Below, in pieces: positions 36,540 through 37,547 of a stretch of 37,547 nt of DNA; positions within the stretch are counted from its first letter, which is position 1; each line of letters begins with the position of its first letter. The notes below the pieces were generated by a model. It did no database searches. It had not been told where the DNA came from and worked only from the letters and a program-made list of their open reading frames with translations. The DNA is from a virus (taxonomy: Duplodnaviria; Heunggongvirae; Uroviricota; Caudoviricetes): IMG/VR virus record IMGVR_UViG_2724679539_000004; one strand, written 5' to 3'. The position numbers and the translations under genes were made by a program.

Positions 36540-37547
36540 GTGATGATGCAACCTATTTCCGGTACTCCACCACGCCCACCGGATATCAACCAAAATCAAC
36601 CAGCCGGGCCAGGCGAACAACCTTTATCAACACAGCAACGCACTGTACTGGAACGTCTGATAACCCGCCTGACTGCATTAACGAAGCAGCAAAGTGCTGA
36701 AGTATGGGCTGCTGTTAAGCATGATCTTGGTATGAAAAGTGATACTCCGTTGCTCTCACGTCATTTTCCCGCTGCGGAAGTTAATCTTAACCAGCGCCTG
36801 CTGCGTGCTCAGCAAACTCACGTGACCCGCCAATTGTTGTCACAACTGAGTGGGCTGCTCAGTCAGGGGAATAATCGCCAGGCTGTCAGCGATTTCATTC
36901 GCCAGCAATACGGTCAAACCGCGCTGAATCAGCTAACTCCTGAACAGTTAAAAAATGTCCTTACGTTGCTCCAACAAGGCAAACTGGCAATCCCGCAACC
37001 ACAGCAACGCACACCAACTGCTCGCCCGTTGTTACCTGCTGAGCATAATACGTTAAAGCAACTGGTGACTAAACTTGCTGCCGCGACCGGGGAGCCAAGT
37101 AAACAGATCTGGCAATCGATGCTGGAGCTTTCGGGGGTGAAGAACGGTGAACTTATCCCGGCGAAACAATTTACCCATCTTGTGACATGGCTACAGGCTC
37201 GTCAGACTTTGAGTTTGCAAAGTGCACCAACGTTGGAAACGTTGCAAATGGCACTGAAGCAGCCGCTGGAACGGGCTGAACTCACTGAACTGCAACATTA
37301 TGCACAGCAAACCTGGAATGTCCTGCCGCAAATGGCGCTCACGTCATCCCAGGTTCTTGATCTGCTTAATCACGTGTTTTTAAAACGTGCGGAGCGAGAA
37401 AGTGGATTTATCGATCCGCGTAATATTCAGCCATTATTTACCCCTTTCCCTCCACTGATGGATACGTTTAAATCCTTCACCGGGAGTACCGGGTTGGTTT
37501 TAATGGCCTTCTTAATTGTGCTCCTGCTTATCTGGTTGGTGATTTAA
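36540..37547 (+). CDS. flk: Host flagellar regulator Flk-like, C-terminal membrane anchor
   Basis: 335 aa; Gln/Pro-rich; PLLSRHFPAAE and C-terminal LVLMAFLIVLLLIWLVI anchor resemble enterobacterial Flk as recalled. Confidence 0.7.
   Translation: MMMQPISGTPPRPPDINQNQPAGPGEQPLSTQQRTVLERLITRLTALTKQQSAEVWAAVKHDLGMKSDTPLLSRHFPAAEVNLNQRLLRAQQTHVTRQLLSQLSGLLSQGNNRQAVSDFIRQQYGQTALNQLTPEQLKNVLTLLQQGKLAIPQPQQRTPTARPLLPAEHNTLKQLVTKLAAATGEPSKQIWQSMLELSGVKNGELIPAKQFTHLVTWLQARQTLSLQSAPTLETLQMALKQPLERAELTELQHYAQQTWNVLPQMALTSSQVLDLLNHVFLKRAERESGFIDPRNIQPLFTPFPPLMDTFKSFTGSTGLVLMAFLIVLLLIWLVI

Overview
The window is almost entirely one P2-like (Peduovirus-type) temperate prophage of an enterobacterial host, with gene order, sizes and overlap patterns matching P2. 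Left to right: int and C repressor (minus), cox and a run of small early ORFs, replication initiator A, a cargo locus where P2 carries tin/old, the cos region, the Q/P and O-N-M-L head genes, lysis cassette, baseplate and tail genes V-W-J-I-H, an invertible tail-fibre region, tail genes FI-FII-E-T-U (minus), D, ogr, right-end cargo and the host gene flk. All calls rest on reading the six-frame translations and recalled family motifs; no database search was run. The most notable items are: (1) a six-site multiple-inversion tail-fibre system (three forward and three inverted receptor-binding cassettes, hix/gix-like 26-bp sites, Gin/Hin-like invertase); (2) a plasmid-type ParM/ParR partition module with upstream palindromic iterons plus two Ea22-like paralogs in the tin/old position; (3) a Mu mom-like control module (triple GATC cluster, Com-like zinc finger, overlapping beta-class DNA methyltransferase) next to a Hok-family toxin; (4) the FI-FII-E-T-U block inverted relative to H and D. 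I could not pin down the cos ends or Ogr-type late promoters, and the att assignment is tentative.
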